In this document: positions 24,377-34,636 of the stretch, piece by piece
Position numbering within the stretch: position 1 is the first letter of the stretch
Layout: each line of letters opens with the position of its first letter
From: a virus
Virus record (IMG/VR): IMGVR_UViG_3300030419_008098
Location: 1-64,000 of that record
Strand: one strand, 5' to 3'
DNA length: 64,000 nucleotides
The notes under the pieces: generated by a model
What the model saw: the letters and a program-made list of their open reading frames with translations, nothing else
Told to the model about the DNA's origin: nothing
Database searches by the model: none
Program-made: the position numbers and the translations under genes

Positions 24377-26842
24377 TCAAGAAATTTTTAAACAAACTTT
24401 ATTATCTCTAACTTTAATTTTAACCACACTGTTTCTGCTTAAATTTCCATCCACTAATTCAAAGGCCAAGAGGGACTCTATCTTGTCTTGAATAAGTCTT
24501 TGAAGTGGACGAGCTCCACAATTCTGCTCTAACGTGTGGGTAATTAAATAATTATTAACAGAAGAATCAATTACTAAACCAATATTCTTTTGGGTTAACT
24601 TATCTTTTACTTTATTTAATTCCATATCCACAATTTGACTAATATCATTCTCCGTGAAATTGTTAAACACTAAGATGTCGTCTAATCTATTTAAAAATTC
24701 AGGCCTAAAGAACTTCTTTGCCTCATCAGCAACCTTATCCCGAGAAGTGGAGGAGTCATCTGAATTAAACCCAACGCTTGTATTTTTATTTAAATGGACT
24801 GAACCTAGATTTCCTGTAAGAATAACTAAACAGTTGCGAAAGTTGGCGCTTCGGCCAAAGTTATCGGTAAGACGACCCTCATCTAGTAGTTGAAGTAATA
24901 ACTGAATAACTTCATCATTAGCTTTTTCTATTTCATCAAAAAGAATTATGCTATACGGATCTTTCCTTACTCTCTCTGTAAGTAATCCACCCTCCTCGTA
25001 ACCCACATAACCAGGGGATGCCCCAATTAATTTAGAAGCCGAATGTTTTTCTGAAAACTCACTCATGTCCAAATGAATAAGTTTGCGGTGAGAGCCGAAT
25101 ACTTCTTGAGCTAAAATTTTAGTTAAATAAGTTTTTCCAACTCCCGAAGATCCCAGAAACAAAAAAGACCCCAAAGGTTTATGAATATTACCTAACCCCG
25201 ACTTATTTCGGATTAAGGTCTTGTGGATTTTATTAATTACTTCATCTTGACCGATTACAATTTTTTTCAAACGAGTGTTTAAAGATAAAATTTTTCGTGG
25301 TTGCACATGGCTTAATTCGTTAACGGGAATGCCCGTTTTGGAAGAAACTATATGAAATAAATCTTCTTGCTTCACTTGCACTTTCTTAGGTGCTTTCGCC
25401 CATTTTCCTAAAACCTCCTTGTAGTTTTCAAAAAGTTTTTCTTGTTGTTTTTGTAGCTCCAACTTAAGGGACGAAGCAGTGGCGGCCTCTTCTTTATCGA
25501 ATAAATCTTCAATTTTAGTTTCCAGCTCACGGGCTTGAGCAGGACGCTGAAAACCTCGGATTTTAGCTCGCGCCCCCGCTTGGTCTAAAAGATCAATGGC
25601 TTTATCCGGAAAATCTCTATCGGTAATGTAGCGTTCCGCTAAATTATAAATTAAAGGAAGTAAAGGTTTGCGATATTTAACCCCATGGAAGTCCTCATAA
25701 GAAGGAATAACCCCTTCTAGGATAGCTAGAGTTTCAGGTTTAGTGGGTTCAGTTATTTTTAAAGATTGAAAACGACGCTCTAATGCACGATCTTTAGCGA
25801 TACTTTTGGTGTACTCTTTTAAAGTAGTGGCCCCAATGCACCTAAATTGCCCTCTAGCTAGCTTAGGTTTTAATATATTAGCAGCATCCATGGTTCCTTC
25901 CGCACTTCCTGCTCCCACTAGCGTATGTATTTCGTCAATAAATAAAATTATATTCTCATTACCCTCCACTTCTTCGAGGACTTTTTTTAACCGCTCTTCA
26001 AACTGCCCCCGGTATTTAGTGCCGGCAATCATCGAGGCTAAATCTAAACTGTAGACCGTTTTATTTAATAAAAAATCGGTGCATTCTCCTCTTATGATTT
26101 GAGAAACTAACCCTTCAATTAAAGCCGTTTTACCTACCCCGGCACTCCCGAGAATTAAGGGGTTGTTTTTACTCCTCCGGCATAAAATTTCCTCGAGTTG
26201 TTGGATTTCTTCCTCCCTCCCAATCACGGGATCAATCTTTCCTTGCAAAGCTAAAGCATTAAAATTGATAGCGTAACTCTCCATGACGCTTGATGGCGAA
26301 GATTGAGAAGGGCGACGGGGAAGCGAAGTATCCGCCAGGGAAGTATCCTGTTCAGGGAAATCCCTGACGCCGTGAAGAAAATAATTTTTAATTTTATTTA
26401 TTAAAATATAAGAGTCTAGTTGAGAAGCCTCAAGGTATTCTGAAAAAACACCCGATCCGTGCTTACATAAAGCTAAAACAATATGCAATAAACCCACATA
26501 TCCATGTTCCATTTTATTAGCAAATAAAATAGCAACGGCAAAAATCTTTTTAACTTCGTTAGAATAGTGGGTTTTGGGCGGCTCACTCTCAGTCGCGTCA
26601 AACGCGGGAGCTATTACCACATTTTTTAATGCAATAGCCTCGCTTACAAAAGATAAAAAATCATCTACATTAATCCCGCATTGAATTAAAATAGACTTCA
26701 CGGGCCCCGTTTTAAGATGTAAAATTCCTAAAGAGAGATGGTTAAGATCAATAGTAGAGGATTGGGACTCAATGGCATACTGGCGGGCCATTTTTAAGGC
26801 AGCTTGGAGACGCGGAGTAAAGTTAGGTTTTTGGGTTTGCAT
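24377..26842 (-). CDS. clpC: ClpC/ClpA-type AAA+ chaperone
   Basis: Clp-N repeats, GSAGVGKT, FIDEIH, GSSGVGKT, PGYVGYEEGG, FDEIEKA. Confidence 0.92.
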   Translation of the reverse strand: MQTQKPNFTPRLQAALKMARQYAIESQSSTIDLNHLSLGILHLKTGPVKSILIQCGINVDDFLSFVSEAIALKNVVIAPAFDATESEPPKTHYSNEVKKIFAVAILFANKMEHGYVGLLHIVLALCKHGSGVFSEYLEASQLDSYILINKIKNYFLHGVRDFPEQDTSLADTSLPRRPSQSSPSSVMESYAINFNALALQGKIDPVIGREEEIQQLEEILCRRSKNNPLILGSAGVGKTALIEGLVSQIIRGECTDFLLNKTVYSLDLASMIAGTKYRGQFEERLKKVLEEVEGNENIILFIDEIHTLVGAGSAEGTMDAANILKPKLARGQFRCIGATTLKEYTKSIAKDRALERRFQSLKITEPTKPETLAILEGVIPSYEDFHGVKYRKPLLPLIYNLAERYITDRDFPDKAIDLLDQAGARAKIRGFQRPAQARELETKIEDLFDKEEAATASSLKLELQKQQEKLFENYKEVLGKWAKAPKKVQVKQEDLFHIVSSKTGIPVNELSHVQPRKILSLNTRLKKIVIGQDEVINKIHKTLIRNKSGLGNIHKPLGSFLFLGSSGVGKTYLTKILAQEVFGSHRKLIHLDMSEFSEKHSASKLIGASPGYVGYEEGGLLTERVRKDPYSIILFDEIEKANDEVIQLLLQLLDEGRLTDNFGRSANFRNCLVILTGNLGSVHLNKNTSVGFNSDDSSTSRDKVADEAKKFFRPEFLNRLDDILVFNNFTENDISQIVDMELNKVKDKLTQKNIGLVIDSSVNNYLITHTLEQNCGARPLQRLIQDKIESLLAFELVDGNLSRNSVVKIKVRDNKVCLKIS

Positions 26843-26867
26843 TAAAAATAATTACACGTTTGAATAT

Positions 26868-29800
26868 TTATTTCAGATCACTAAGTTTTAAGTAAATTTT
26901 CTTGTCAAGCACTTTAAGCTCATCAATAAAAAAAACATCTTCCCCTTTAGTGCATCTCAACATTACAATATTACCCTTTTCGGGAAGCTTGTTTCCGTCA
27001 TTTATGTAGTCATCCAAACGGGGAATGCGTCTATACCCCCCATTGGCTTGGCGCACATTACCGTTCATGAATAATCCCTTAAGGGTTCCCACATCATCCC
27101 CCAACTCTAAGCGCAAATAATCATTTCCATTGCGGGAAGTGCTTTTAAAAGAATCCTCTACAGTACCGATAAATTTTATCTCACGCCTTAATTCAACATC
27201 CTCAGCCTCCCTGCTATCTAAAAGATAACGATCTTGCGCAAAAACATTCTTGAGTTTAGTGCTATAGCTATATCCTAAAAGCTGGGTTTCAAAGTACCAA
27301 TTAGCAAATTTTTCATATTTTTTATTTTGGTTATATATATCCCGGTAGGGAACATATTTTTTCTTAAAAGTGCCAAAGCGTTTTTCCGTCATAAGAAGAC
27401 GGCCATCGTCCCCCACGAGCTTGCCGTCTCTAGCATCAACTAAAATATCCAAGAGTTTGTAATTGTATTTTTCTCCTAACTGTAAAATGTTACGTTTTTC
27501 CCTGTCGGTTAAAACATTAAACGCCTGCGCCTCCAAGACGAGTAAAGAACGGTTCGTTTTATAACTAGAAAGCGCCCCTGCTTGAATTAAAGCTGACACA
27601 ATTCCAATATTTAAACCTGCCTGTTTAGCCGCAATAAAAATATCAAACTTAGTAGGGGTCTCGCTTTCCCTAAAATCCCTTAATGCCGTAAGAGACTTTT
27701 TGCTTACACCTTTAATACTGTTAAGTCCATAACGAATATCCTTTCCCTCTAACGCAAAATCCATGGAGGACTTAACAAGATCAGGGGGGAGTAATTCGAT
27801 ATCAAAGAAAGAGAGTTCTTGCGAAATTTTAGCAATCTCCTCTTGCGGTGCGGGTTCAAATTGAGTCATCTTCAATAAACTCAAAAAGAATTGTTGTGGA
27901 TAAGTGAATTTTAAATAGGCTGTCCAGGCGGCAAGAGTAGCATAGGCAATAGAGTGAGATTTATTAAAAGAATAGTTAGCACTATCTTCCGCCACACTCC
28001 ATAAAACATCAGCGACTTCCGACGGTAAGTTGTTTGCTCGCACCTTACTCTCAATTTTAGCTTTCCAGGCGGGCATTTTATCTACCTTTTTCTTCCCTAC
28101 AATACGCCTTAATTGCTCAGCCTCATCCAGGGAAAACCCTACATGCACCGCCATTTTCATTAATTGTTCCTGATATAAGGGGATCCCACCTGTATAATCG
28201 AGGACTTCACTAAAAAACTCATGAGGACATTGAGCCTCGCCTTGCTCTATAGATAATCGGTATTGATCTACAAAATCCAATGCGCCGGGGCGAGCTAAGG
28301 CTACCACCGCACTTAATTGTTCTAAGTTTTTAGGTTTCACTTTAGTACACACCCTGTAATTGGTGTCGGCCTCTAATTGAAACAGACCATGGGGAGACTT
28401 AAGGTCATCTAAGGGGGCAAAGGTAGAATAGGAGTCCAAATCAATATCATTGGTGTCGATGTCGAGAGAAGTACATACATCATAAATAACACTAAGAGTT
28501 CTCAAACCCAAAATATCAAATTTTACCATAAGCTCTGAAACCCAGTTCATATCATAGCCGGTTACTAAGGCGCCATCATTTGTTAATTGGAGGGGACAGA
28601 TATCGCTGATGTCTTGATGGCTAATAGCTATGCCACTCGGGTGAACTCCTGTATTTTTATTTAACCCCTCCAGTTTAAGTGCAATGAGATATACTTCCTG
28701 ATTTGCATCAGCCCACTCTCGAAATTTTTCGCTCTCTTCATAGGCATCGCTCAATGGCATCACTTCTCCATACTGCTTGGGAATCATGTCGCTTACCGCG
28801 TTAACCTCCTGCTCACCCATCCCACCTACAATTTTTCCACATTCCTTAATGCAGAGTTTCGAGCTTAAGGTATTAAGTGTTAAGATTTTAGCTGTACGGC
28901 CTGGATGTTTATTTTCTATATATTTTATTACTTCCTGGCGGCGTTCATAAGAAATATCGTTGTCAATATCAGCCAACAAGCTACCATCCAAATAAATTAC
29001 CCCTTCATGCTCAATTTGTTTAGCTCTTGTTTTCGACACAAATCTTTCAAAAAACAACTCATGTTTCACGGGGTCTACATTAGTAACCCCAATTAAATAT
29101 AAAACTAAAGACCCCGCAGCTGAACCACGGCCCGGCCCAGTTGGGATATCATTTTCGTGACAAAAGTTAAGAATATCCCAGTTAAGCAAAATATAATCAA
29201 CAAAACCCAAATCACGAAGAATAGTAAGCTCCACTTTGACGCGATCATAGTAGGCTTGTTTATTAGGGAATTCATTTAGCTTTTTCTCCTTTGATCCTTT
29301 AAGGCATAGTTGGCGAAGAAACTCGTAGTTAGAAATATCTTTATCTAGATGCAGATCTTCGTAATATTTGTCTTCGATATGGATTTGGGGTAACAAAACA
29401 CCGGGAGGAACACAGTTTTGATACGACTCAAACCCCTTTAAGAAAGTGGAGGAAAAACTCTGTGAAGGTGTAGGGGTTGAACTAACCCTCTCGGTGCCCG
29501 CCTGCTGAGTTTCCCCTTGAAGGCCGGCTAAAAACCAAGGGGATTCTTCAAGGCGCAACCGATTCAGTTGAGATGCTCCCACCACCCAATTAACAGGACC
29601 ATCAGAACGGTATTGTTCTTTAAGTTTTATAACATTAAATTCTTCCTTTAATATTTTCCCCAGTATAGATATTTTACAGCGATCCTTACGGGGACGACGG
29701 GCAGGCACACCCTCCACTAATGCAAGAGTATACTTTGTTAATGCAGGAGGAATGTAACATAAAAAATACTCCTCAATATTAGAACGAACCGAAAATTCAT

Positions 29801-30200
29801 CTTCCGGAATTTTTAAATCCGTTTCGTTTAAGCGTCCTGTCTGGGAGTTGGTTTGCCCTGTACCCCAATACTGCGAAACTTTGACTTCGGTTTTCTTGAA
29901 ATCTTCCCCCGTGTCTCTTACATCATAAAGGTTTAAATCCAGAGGTTCGTTAAGGTACACCCCTACAGCCTTTTCCCCTAAAACTCCAGCTAGATGACTT
30001 GCATATTCTTCTTGGTCATCAGGCTGGAATTGGGTGGCATTACGAAAGCTCGAATCCTTTTGCATGTGACGATCCCTTCCATGGCTCCCATAAAACTTAA
30101 GTTGGTCATCAGAGAGAGTCAACGAAAGGGCTCCCCCTTTCTCCGTTTTTAATTCACAATGTGGATGATGATTCTCCATCACTAAATCTCTACCTCCCAT
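26868..30200 (-). CDS. dnaE: DNA polymerase III alpha catalytic part (lacks PHP) with N-terminal nuclease-like extension
   Basis: GPGRGSAAGSLV, FERFV, DIDND, GVHPSG, KFDILGL, YQEQLM, YSFNKSHS; likely start at ATG 30179. Confidence 0.92.
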   Translation of the reverse strand: MGGRDLVMENHHPHCELKTEKGGALSLTLSDDQLKFYGSHGRDRHMQKDSSFRNATQFQPDDQEEYASHLAGVLGEKAVGVYLNEPLDLNLYDVRDTGEDFKKTEVKVSQYWGTGQTNSQTGRLNETDLKIPEDEFSVRSNIEEYFLCYIPPALTKYTLALVEGVPARRPRKDRCKISILGKILKEEFNVIKLKEQYRSDGPVNWVVGASQLNRLRLEESPWFLAGLQGETQQAGTERVSSTPTPSQSFSSTFLKGFESYQNCVPPGVLLPQIHIEDKYYEDLHLDKDISNYEFLRQLCLKGSKEKKLNEFPNKQAYYDRVKVELTILRDLGFVDYILLNWDILNFCHENDIPTGPGRGSAAGSLVLYLIGVTNVDPVKHELFFERFVSKTRAKQIEHEGVIYLDGSLLADIDNDISYERRQEVIKYIENKHPGRTAKILTLNTLSSKLCIKECGKIVGGMGEQEVNAVSDMIPKQYGEVMPLSDAYEESEKFREWADANQEVYLIALKLEGLNKNTGVHPSGIAISHQDISDICPLQLTNDGALVTGYDMNWVSELMVKFDILGLRTLSVIYDVCTSLDIDTNDIDLDSYSTFAPLDDLKSPHGLFQLEADTNYRVCTKVKPKNLEQLSAVVALARPGALDFVDQYRLSIEQGEAQCPHEFFSEVLDYTGGIPLYQEQLMKMAVHVGFSLDEAEQLRRIVGKKKVDKMPAWKAKIESKVRANNLPSEVADVLWSVAEDSANYSFNKSHSIAYATLAAWTAYLKFTYPQQFFLSLLKMTQFEPAPQEEIAKISQELSFFDIELLPPDLVKSSMDFALEGKDIRYGLNSIKGVSKKSLTALRDFRESETPTKFDIFIAAKQAGLNIGIVSALIQAGALSSYKTNRSLLVLEAQAFNVLTDREKRNILQLGEKYNYKLLDILVDARDGKLVGDDGRLLMTEKRFGTFKKKYVPYRDIYNQNKKYEKFANWYFETQLLGYSYSTKLKNVFAQDRYLLDSREAEDVELRREIKFIGTVEDSFKSTSRNGNDYLRLELGDDVGTLKGLFMNGNVRQANGGYRRIPRLDDYINDGNKLPEKGNIVMLRCTKGEDVFFIDELKVLDKKIYLKLSDLK

Positions 30201-30820
30201 ATCATTTTTTTAAATACTTCATAATTCTTTTCAATATCATATAAGGCATCGTGAAGTAACTTGGGGTCAAAGTCAATGGAATAATCCTTACAGCACTGTT
30301 GTAGAGAAGTGCGCAACCCTTTTTCACGAAAACTATGAAGTTTATATTGCCAACTTAAAAAATTTCCATTTTTAAAAGGAATTTCCTTTTTTATCGCCCT
30401 GCCTAAGCATACCGTGTCTATAGTGCGATCTATATAGGAGTAATCAGCCTTTAAACCTAAGAGTTTCCTGTGGATATTGTGAATGTAGACATCAAAACCT
30501 AAAATATTATGCCCCACAATAAAAAAATCTTTATTATAAAGGTACTCCTCAAATTTTTTCAAAGGGATTGACGGGTCAACAGCAAGCTTGTCGTGTTGAG
30601 TTTTCTTGAAGCCTGTAATTCTTGCCGCCTCTTTCGATACCTCAAGACCCTCCCATTTTAACCTGAAGTCCTCTTTTTTTATTACCTTACCCTGTTGAAC
30701 AACGATGAAAGCTAATTGCCACGGTTTATTGGTGGTAGAGCAAAGGTTAAGATTACACGTTTCGTAATCAAAAATAACTAAATTTAGGTCATTTTTAAAA
30801 CGCAGTAAATTATTATCCAT
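30182..30820 (-). CDS. DEDDh 3'-5' exonuclease (DnaQ-like)
   Basis: IFDYET, GHNILGFD, HDALYD. Confidence 0.88.
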   Translation of the reverse strand: MDNNLLRFKNDLNLVIFDYETCNLNLCSTTNKPWQLAFIVVQQGKVIKKEDFRLKWEGLEVSKEAARITGFKKTQHDKLAVDPSIPLKKFEEYLYNKDFFIVGHNILGFDVYIHNIHRKLLGLKADYSYIDRTIDTVCLGRAIKKEIPFKNGNFLSWQYKLHSFREKGLRTSLQQCCKDYSIDFDPKLLHDALYDIEKNYEVFKKMIWEVEI

Positions 30821-30959
30821 CCCTTAATAATAGCATTATTGACGCCCAAAGTCAAGGAGTTTTTTTTAAAAAAAAGAAAGAGTAAGAGAAAAAATTTAAA
30901 AATTCCCAATGCTAGTTTTTAGTTGTATATTTAAGTAAACCTTATATTATTTTTATATT

Positions 30960-31421
30960 ATGGCTAATGCATTAACAGAATTAGATTCGCTGTCAGGATT
31001 ATTTCCTGGCGCTCATGCTATAGCTGCTGGAGCTAGTACTCCTGCGGCTGGGGCTGGAGTAGACGGCGAAAGAAACGATGACGGTTACGTGTGCATCCCC
31101 GTGAACTCTATATATTACACAGGAGGATTACCTAACCGCTTAAATACGACAGACGATGGTGCTATTTCCGCCCTCACAGCAGGAGATGGAGATATAGCGG
31201 GTACTTCGACGGGATCCTTCAGACAATTTGCCCGAGGAATGCACGTTTCGCTATCGCGATATACCGCTGAATGTTTAACTGGAAACAACGCCTTTACCTA
31301 TTGGGGGGAGAGTTCCGGTAATTATTCAGTTTATAATGCGACAACGTTATCCAAACGTTACACAACCAACTTATATTACGAAGCAGGAGATGGCTTGGGC
31401 CTTAAGGGCTCTGCTACTTAA
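30960..31421 (+). CDS. Gly/Ala/Thr-rich protein, probable virion component
   Basis: 153 aa, paralog of next gene. Confidence 0.65.
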   Translation: MANALTELDSLSGLFPGAHAIAAGASTPAAGAGVDGERNDDGYVCIPVNSIYYTGGLPNRLNTTDDGAISALTAGDGDIAGTSTGSFRQFARGMHVSLSRYTAECLTGNNAFTYWGESSGNYSVYNATTLSKRYTTNLYYEAGDGLGLKGSAT

Positions 31422-31441
31422 TCTTTAACTAATTAAATATT

Positions 31442-31903
31442 ATGGCTGATTCACTATCACAATTAAATACCTTAACAGGTTGTTTTCCAGGAGCTACCGG
31501 AGCGGCAGTTGCTACTGCTTTGCCCGCTGCGCACTCCGACGACTATAACAACACTGACGGTTATATAGCTATTCCTGTCAATTCTATTGCCTATACAGGA
31601 GGAGTACCTAATAAAGTAAATGTTACTGACGCAGGAATTCTTGCATCCCCTTCCTTGACGGCTGGAGTGGGAGATGGCGCCGGTACATGCTCTGGAGATT
31701 TCAGAAAATTTGCTAGAGGTTTACACGAATCCTGGGCGCGTTATACAGCAGAAACTCTTACTGGAAACAACTCCATTACATTCTGGGGCGAAAGTTCAGG
31801 AAATTATGTTGTCTTCAACGCAAATACGTTGTCCAAGACTTATAGCACAGACCTCTATTATGAAGTAGGCTTGGGACTACCCTCCAAAACCTCAACTTCA
31901 TAA
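31442..31903 (+). CDS. Gly/Ala/Thr-rich protein, tandem paralog
   Basis: Shared DGY..IPVNSI.YTGG.PN, FARG.H.S..RYTAE.LTGNN, WGESSGNY. Confidence 0.65.
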   Translation: MADSLSQLNTLTGCFPGATGAAVATALPAAHSDDYNNTDGYIAIPVNSIAYTGGVPNKVNVTDAGILASPSLTAGVGDGAGTCSGDFRKFARGLHESWARYTAETLTGNNSITFWGESSGNYVVFNANTLSKTYSTDLYYEVGLGLPSKTSTS

Positions 31904-31936
31904 AGAGATTAAAAAACCTTAACCTTAAAAACTCGC

Positions 31937-32701
31937 TTAACCGCGAGTTTTTTTGTGCCATGATTCAAAAGAGAATTGATCCGACGCACAATGATCTAAG
32001 TTAGGCTTTGATAAAGTAGCGTTCCCGAAAGACGCTCTCTTGTGGATACATTTACGGGTTTGGTATGCGGAAAAATCTGCTTGGGTCGAATAATAAATCG
32101 ATTGGGTTTCCTCCGTAGGAAAATCTCCTTGAATAGCATATTTCAAGACGCTCTCTCTCACCATCATATCAAAAGGGAGATCATTACTCTCTAAGAAAAA
32201 GGTAGGATTAATGGTTGAAAAATCCACGACGCAATTTTTAAAACTCATTAAATTATTAAAAATAAAAGAATCATAAAAGGGGATGGCTAGCTTCAAAGCA
32301 GTACTATCCCAGAACTTTTTTAAGTGCATCATGTCTATTCTTCCTTCCCCGTTAGTAAATGCCCAGGAGTAGATTTTATTTAACAACCGACACCCGGCGT
32401 CATTGCGACTAAAAATAATTATTTTATGGGCGGTGGCGTCTTCGCGCCCTGTTGTTTCCCCCGTGGCATCATCACAACAGGAGAGCCTCAAACCAAAAAC
32501 TAACTGAATCCCTGCAGACTCAGACACCTTTTTAGCTTGTAAAAAACCTGTTAAAGAGTCTTCCACTAAAACTAATTTATCTAACCCCGCTTTCTGAATT
32601 AAGGAAATAATATTCCGTTCCGGCTTTAAGGTAGCAGTGGGAACCTCTAAAGACAAAATACTTTTCCCTAAACTGTAATGGGATTTAAATAAAGGAATCA
32701 T
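31937..32701 (-). CDS. Stand-alone PHP domain of DNA polymerase III alpha
   Basis: FKSHYSL..SIL, LVED...GF, GIQLVFGL, IIIFSRNDAGCRLLNKIYS; TTGACC-17-TATCAT promoter. Confidence 0.8.
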   Translation of the reverse strand: MIPLFKSHYSLGKSILSLEVPTATLKPERNIISLIQKAGLDKLVLVEDSLTGFLQAKKVSESAGIQLVFGLRLSCCDDATGETTGREDATAHKIIIFSRNDAGCRLLNKIYSWAFTNGEGRIDMMHLKKFWDSTALKLAIPFYDSFIFNNLMSFKNCVVDFSTINPTFFLESNDLPFDMMVRESVLKYAIQGDFPTEETQSIYYSTQADFSAYQTRKCIHKRASFGNATLSKPNLDHCASDQFSFESWHKKTRG

Positions 32702-32733
32702 ATGCCATATGATAGCATAGAAACACTAAAGGG

Positions 32734-32985
32734 TCAAGGCTTTTTTCTATTTTTTAAAGCTTCAATATAAGAGCGTACATTAATTTCCCCTATCTCTCCG
32801 AGCTCAATGGGGTCTTCATTGAACCCCACCCGAGTCCCAATTAAACCTTCCGCTCTAGCAATGGAGCGCTCTAAGATAGATTCATCGTTGGTCGAAAGTA
32901 AACTGTTATCTTGCATGTATCGAGCAATAATAACTAAATTCTCAATAGCTGTTTTATCTTTATTGTCCATGCTTAATAACGCCAT
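32734..32985 (-). CDS. Hypothetical protein
   Basis: 83 aa; likely start MDNKD. Confidence 0.55.
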   Translation of the reverse strand: MALLSMDNKDKTAIENLVIIARYMQDNSLLSTNDESILERSIARAEGLIGTRVGFNEDPIELGEIGEINVRSYIEALKNRKKP

Positions 32986-34636
32986 CAGTTAATCCTCCGG
33001 CAGCTTTATTTAAATCTAATCCCACCCTTTTAGAGGCGTTAAATAATAACTTCAGATAATACAAAGGCTCTCCATGATCGTTAACATGATAAACATCGCT
33101 AAATACAATACCATCTTTATTATCGATGTGGTGTTTGTTCTCTTGCCAATAGTATTTTTTTAAATTGTGATTTTCGAGGTAACCTTTTCCCTGCCACGAG
33201 TTTTCCACGAACTCTTTAAAAGACTTCGCAAAAGTACGACCCCGGTCAACTTGAAGCATAATACCTCGATAGAGACCCGTATGCTTATCTAGGACGCCTT
33301 TCAGTTGATTAAGGTCGGCTAGGTATTCATCTTCGGGAAAGCGGTTGAAATTAGGCAAATGGTATGACGGTTGAGCCTCGTCTTGAAAGACTAAAGCTAG
33401 TACATTGTCTTTACTAGCGGCATCTTTAAAAAATTGCAAGGTACGCTCTCCATTACCGTCAACAATGGTTACTCGTCTCTCATAAAGAGATTCATCATTA
33501 TTGTAATAAGGAAGAAGCGCATCCTTTAGGAGAGTGTCTTTCATTACCTCTAGTTGCTTTCGTGTATTAAGAATGCTCCCACTACCGTCCACATGCATCA
33601 TAATATGCAGGGCTCCATTGGCAGGCAGATGTTTAAAATAATCCCCTCCTTTGCCGGCGTGGCTATAACCCCCTGCGCCTCTGCCGTCTCTCAAGCCTAG
33701 CCTATCTTGAGCCAGCGAAGTGGTAATCCCCGCAACTCCCCCCGCGCCGGCTCCCCCAACTAAACCGCCTACCCCGCCAGACGGAGAAAGAGAATATCCT
33801 TTAGTCCCTACACCACCTAAAGCAGGAACCGCCTTCCCGTTTAAAAGAGCCTCCCCAATTCCAGCTCCCAACCCAGCACTGCCGGCCCCCGCTCCTAAAG
33901 CGGGGGAGCCCACACCAGCTCCTATGCCGTGGCTGGGGTAATTATAGGCATATAAATCCCCTTTTTTAGTTTTCCCCTCACCTAAAATAGAAGAATCGTC
34001 GTCGGGTTTATAATCAAAATCTCCCGCTTTCTCTTTAGCTAAGGTCAAATTTAACCCATCTTCTTTTTCTAGGCCATAATTTTCATCTTTAAGATCTTCT
34101 TCCTGAGCGGCAGTCTTTATAGCAGCTTCCATAGCCGCAATGTCTACCACCCCCTCAAAGTCTTTTCCAGATTTGTTATGAATAACATCGCTCCCATCGT
34201 GGCCGCCATGTAAAGCGACAGTAGGATCACCATGTAAACCATGGCCACTACGATGCCCAATACTCGTTTTAGTTTCAAAGCCCCCTTTTGTTAAATGATT
34301 ATTTCCTCTCAATACCACCGCGTCAGAATTGTCTACTACAGCCACTCCATGATCGTCTAGTACGAGAACATCGGCGTGGTTATCCAGTACGACACCCACT
34401 CCCCGATCTATACCCACCTCCCGCTCCAGTGCTAAAGCGGGTGCACGTCTATCAATATAAATAAATTCTTTTTCAGTTGGAGCTATAACCAGCTCTTCCG
34501 TGTTATTTGTGTCGCCCTGAGTTATCTGCGTCTCCTCGGCACGGTTTCCGAGCACCAATAAAATAAACAAAAAGGCGCAGAGATATCCCGCGATAAGATT
34601 GAATAACAAAAACCTTTTGAGTTTATTCTTTTTCAT
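32960..34636 (-). CDS. Membrane-anchored Gly-rich protein with vWA-like C-terminal domain
   Basis: N-terminal TM, G/A-rich linker, HVDGSGS (MIDAS DxSxS). Confidence 0.6.
   Translation of the reverse strand: MKKNKLKRFLLFNLIAGYLCAFLFILLVLGNRAEETQITQGDTNNTEELVIAPTEKEFIYIDRRAPALALEREVGIDRGVGVVLDNHADVLVLDDHGVAVVDNSDAVVLRGNNHLTKGGFETKTSIGHRSGHGLHGDPTVALHGGHDGSDVIHNKSGKDFEGVVDIAAMEAAIKTAAQEEDLKDENYGLEKEDGLNLTLAKEKAGDFDYKPDDDSSILGEGKTKKGDLYAYNYPSHGIGAGVGSPALGAGAGSAGLGAGIGEALLNGKAVPALGGVGTKGYSLSPSGGVGGLVGGAGAGGVAGITTSLAQDRLGLRDGRGAGGYSHAGKGGDYFKHLPANGALHIMMHVDGSGSILNTRKQLEVMKDTLLKDALLPYYNNDESLYERRVTIVDGNGERTLQFFKDAASKDNVLALVFQDEAQPSYHLPNFNRFPEDEYLADLNQLKGVLDKHTGLYRGIMLQVDRGRTFAKSFKEFVENSWQGKGYLENHNLKKYYWQENKHHIDNKDGIVFSDVYHVNDHGEPLYYLKLLFNASKRVGLDLNKAAGGLTDGVIKHGQ

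Noticed and set aside
26868-30200. Intein or intron in dnaE
   Set aside because: No intein-type C/S...HN boundaries or LAGLIDADG motifs are seen, and the catalytic motifs are contiguous.
33650-33940. GC-rich repetitive tract as a possible repeat element
   Set aside because: It is explained by Gly/Ala codons of the 32960-34636 protein linker.
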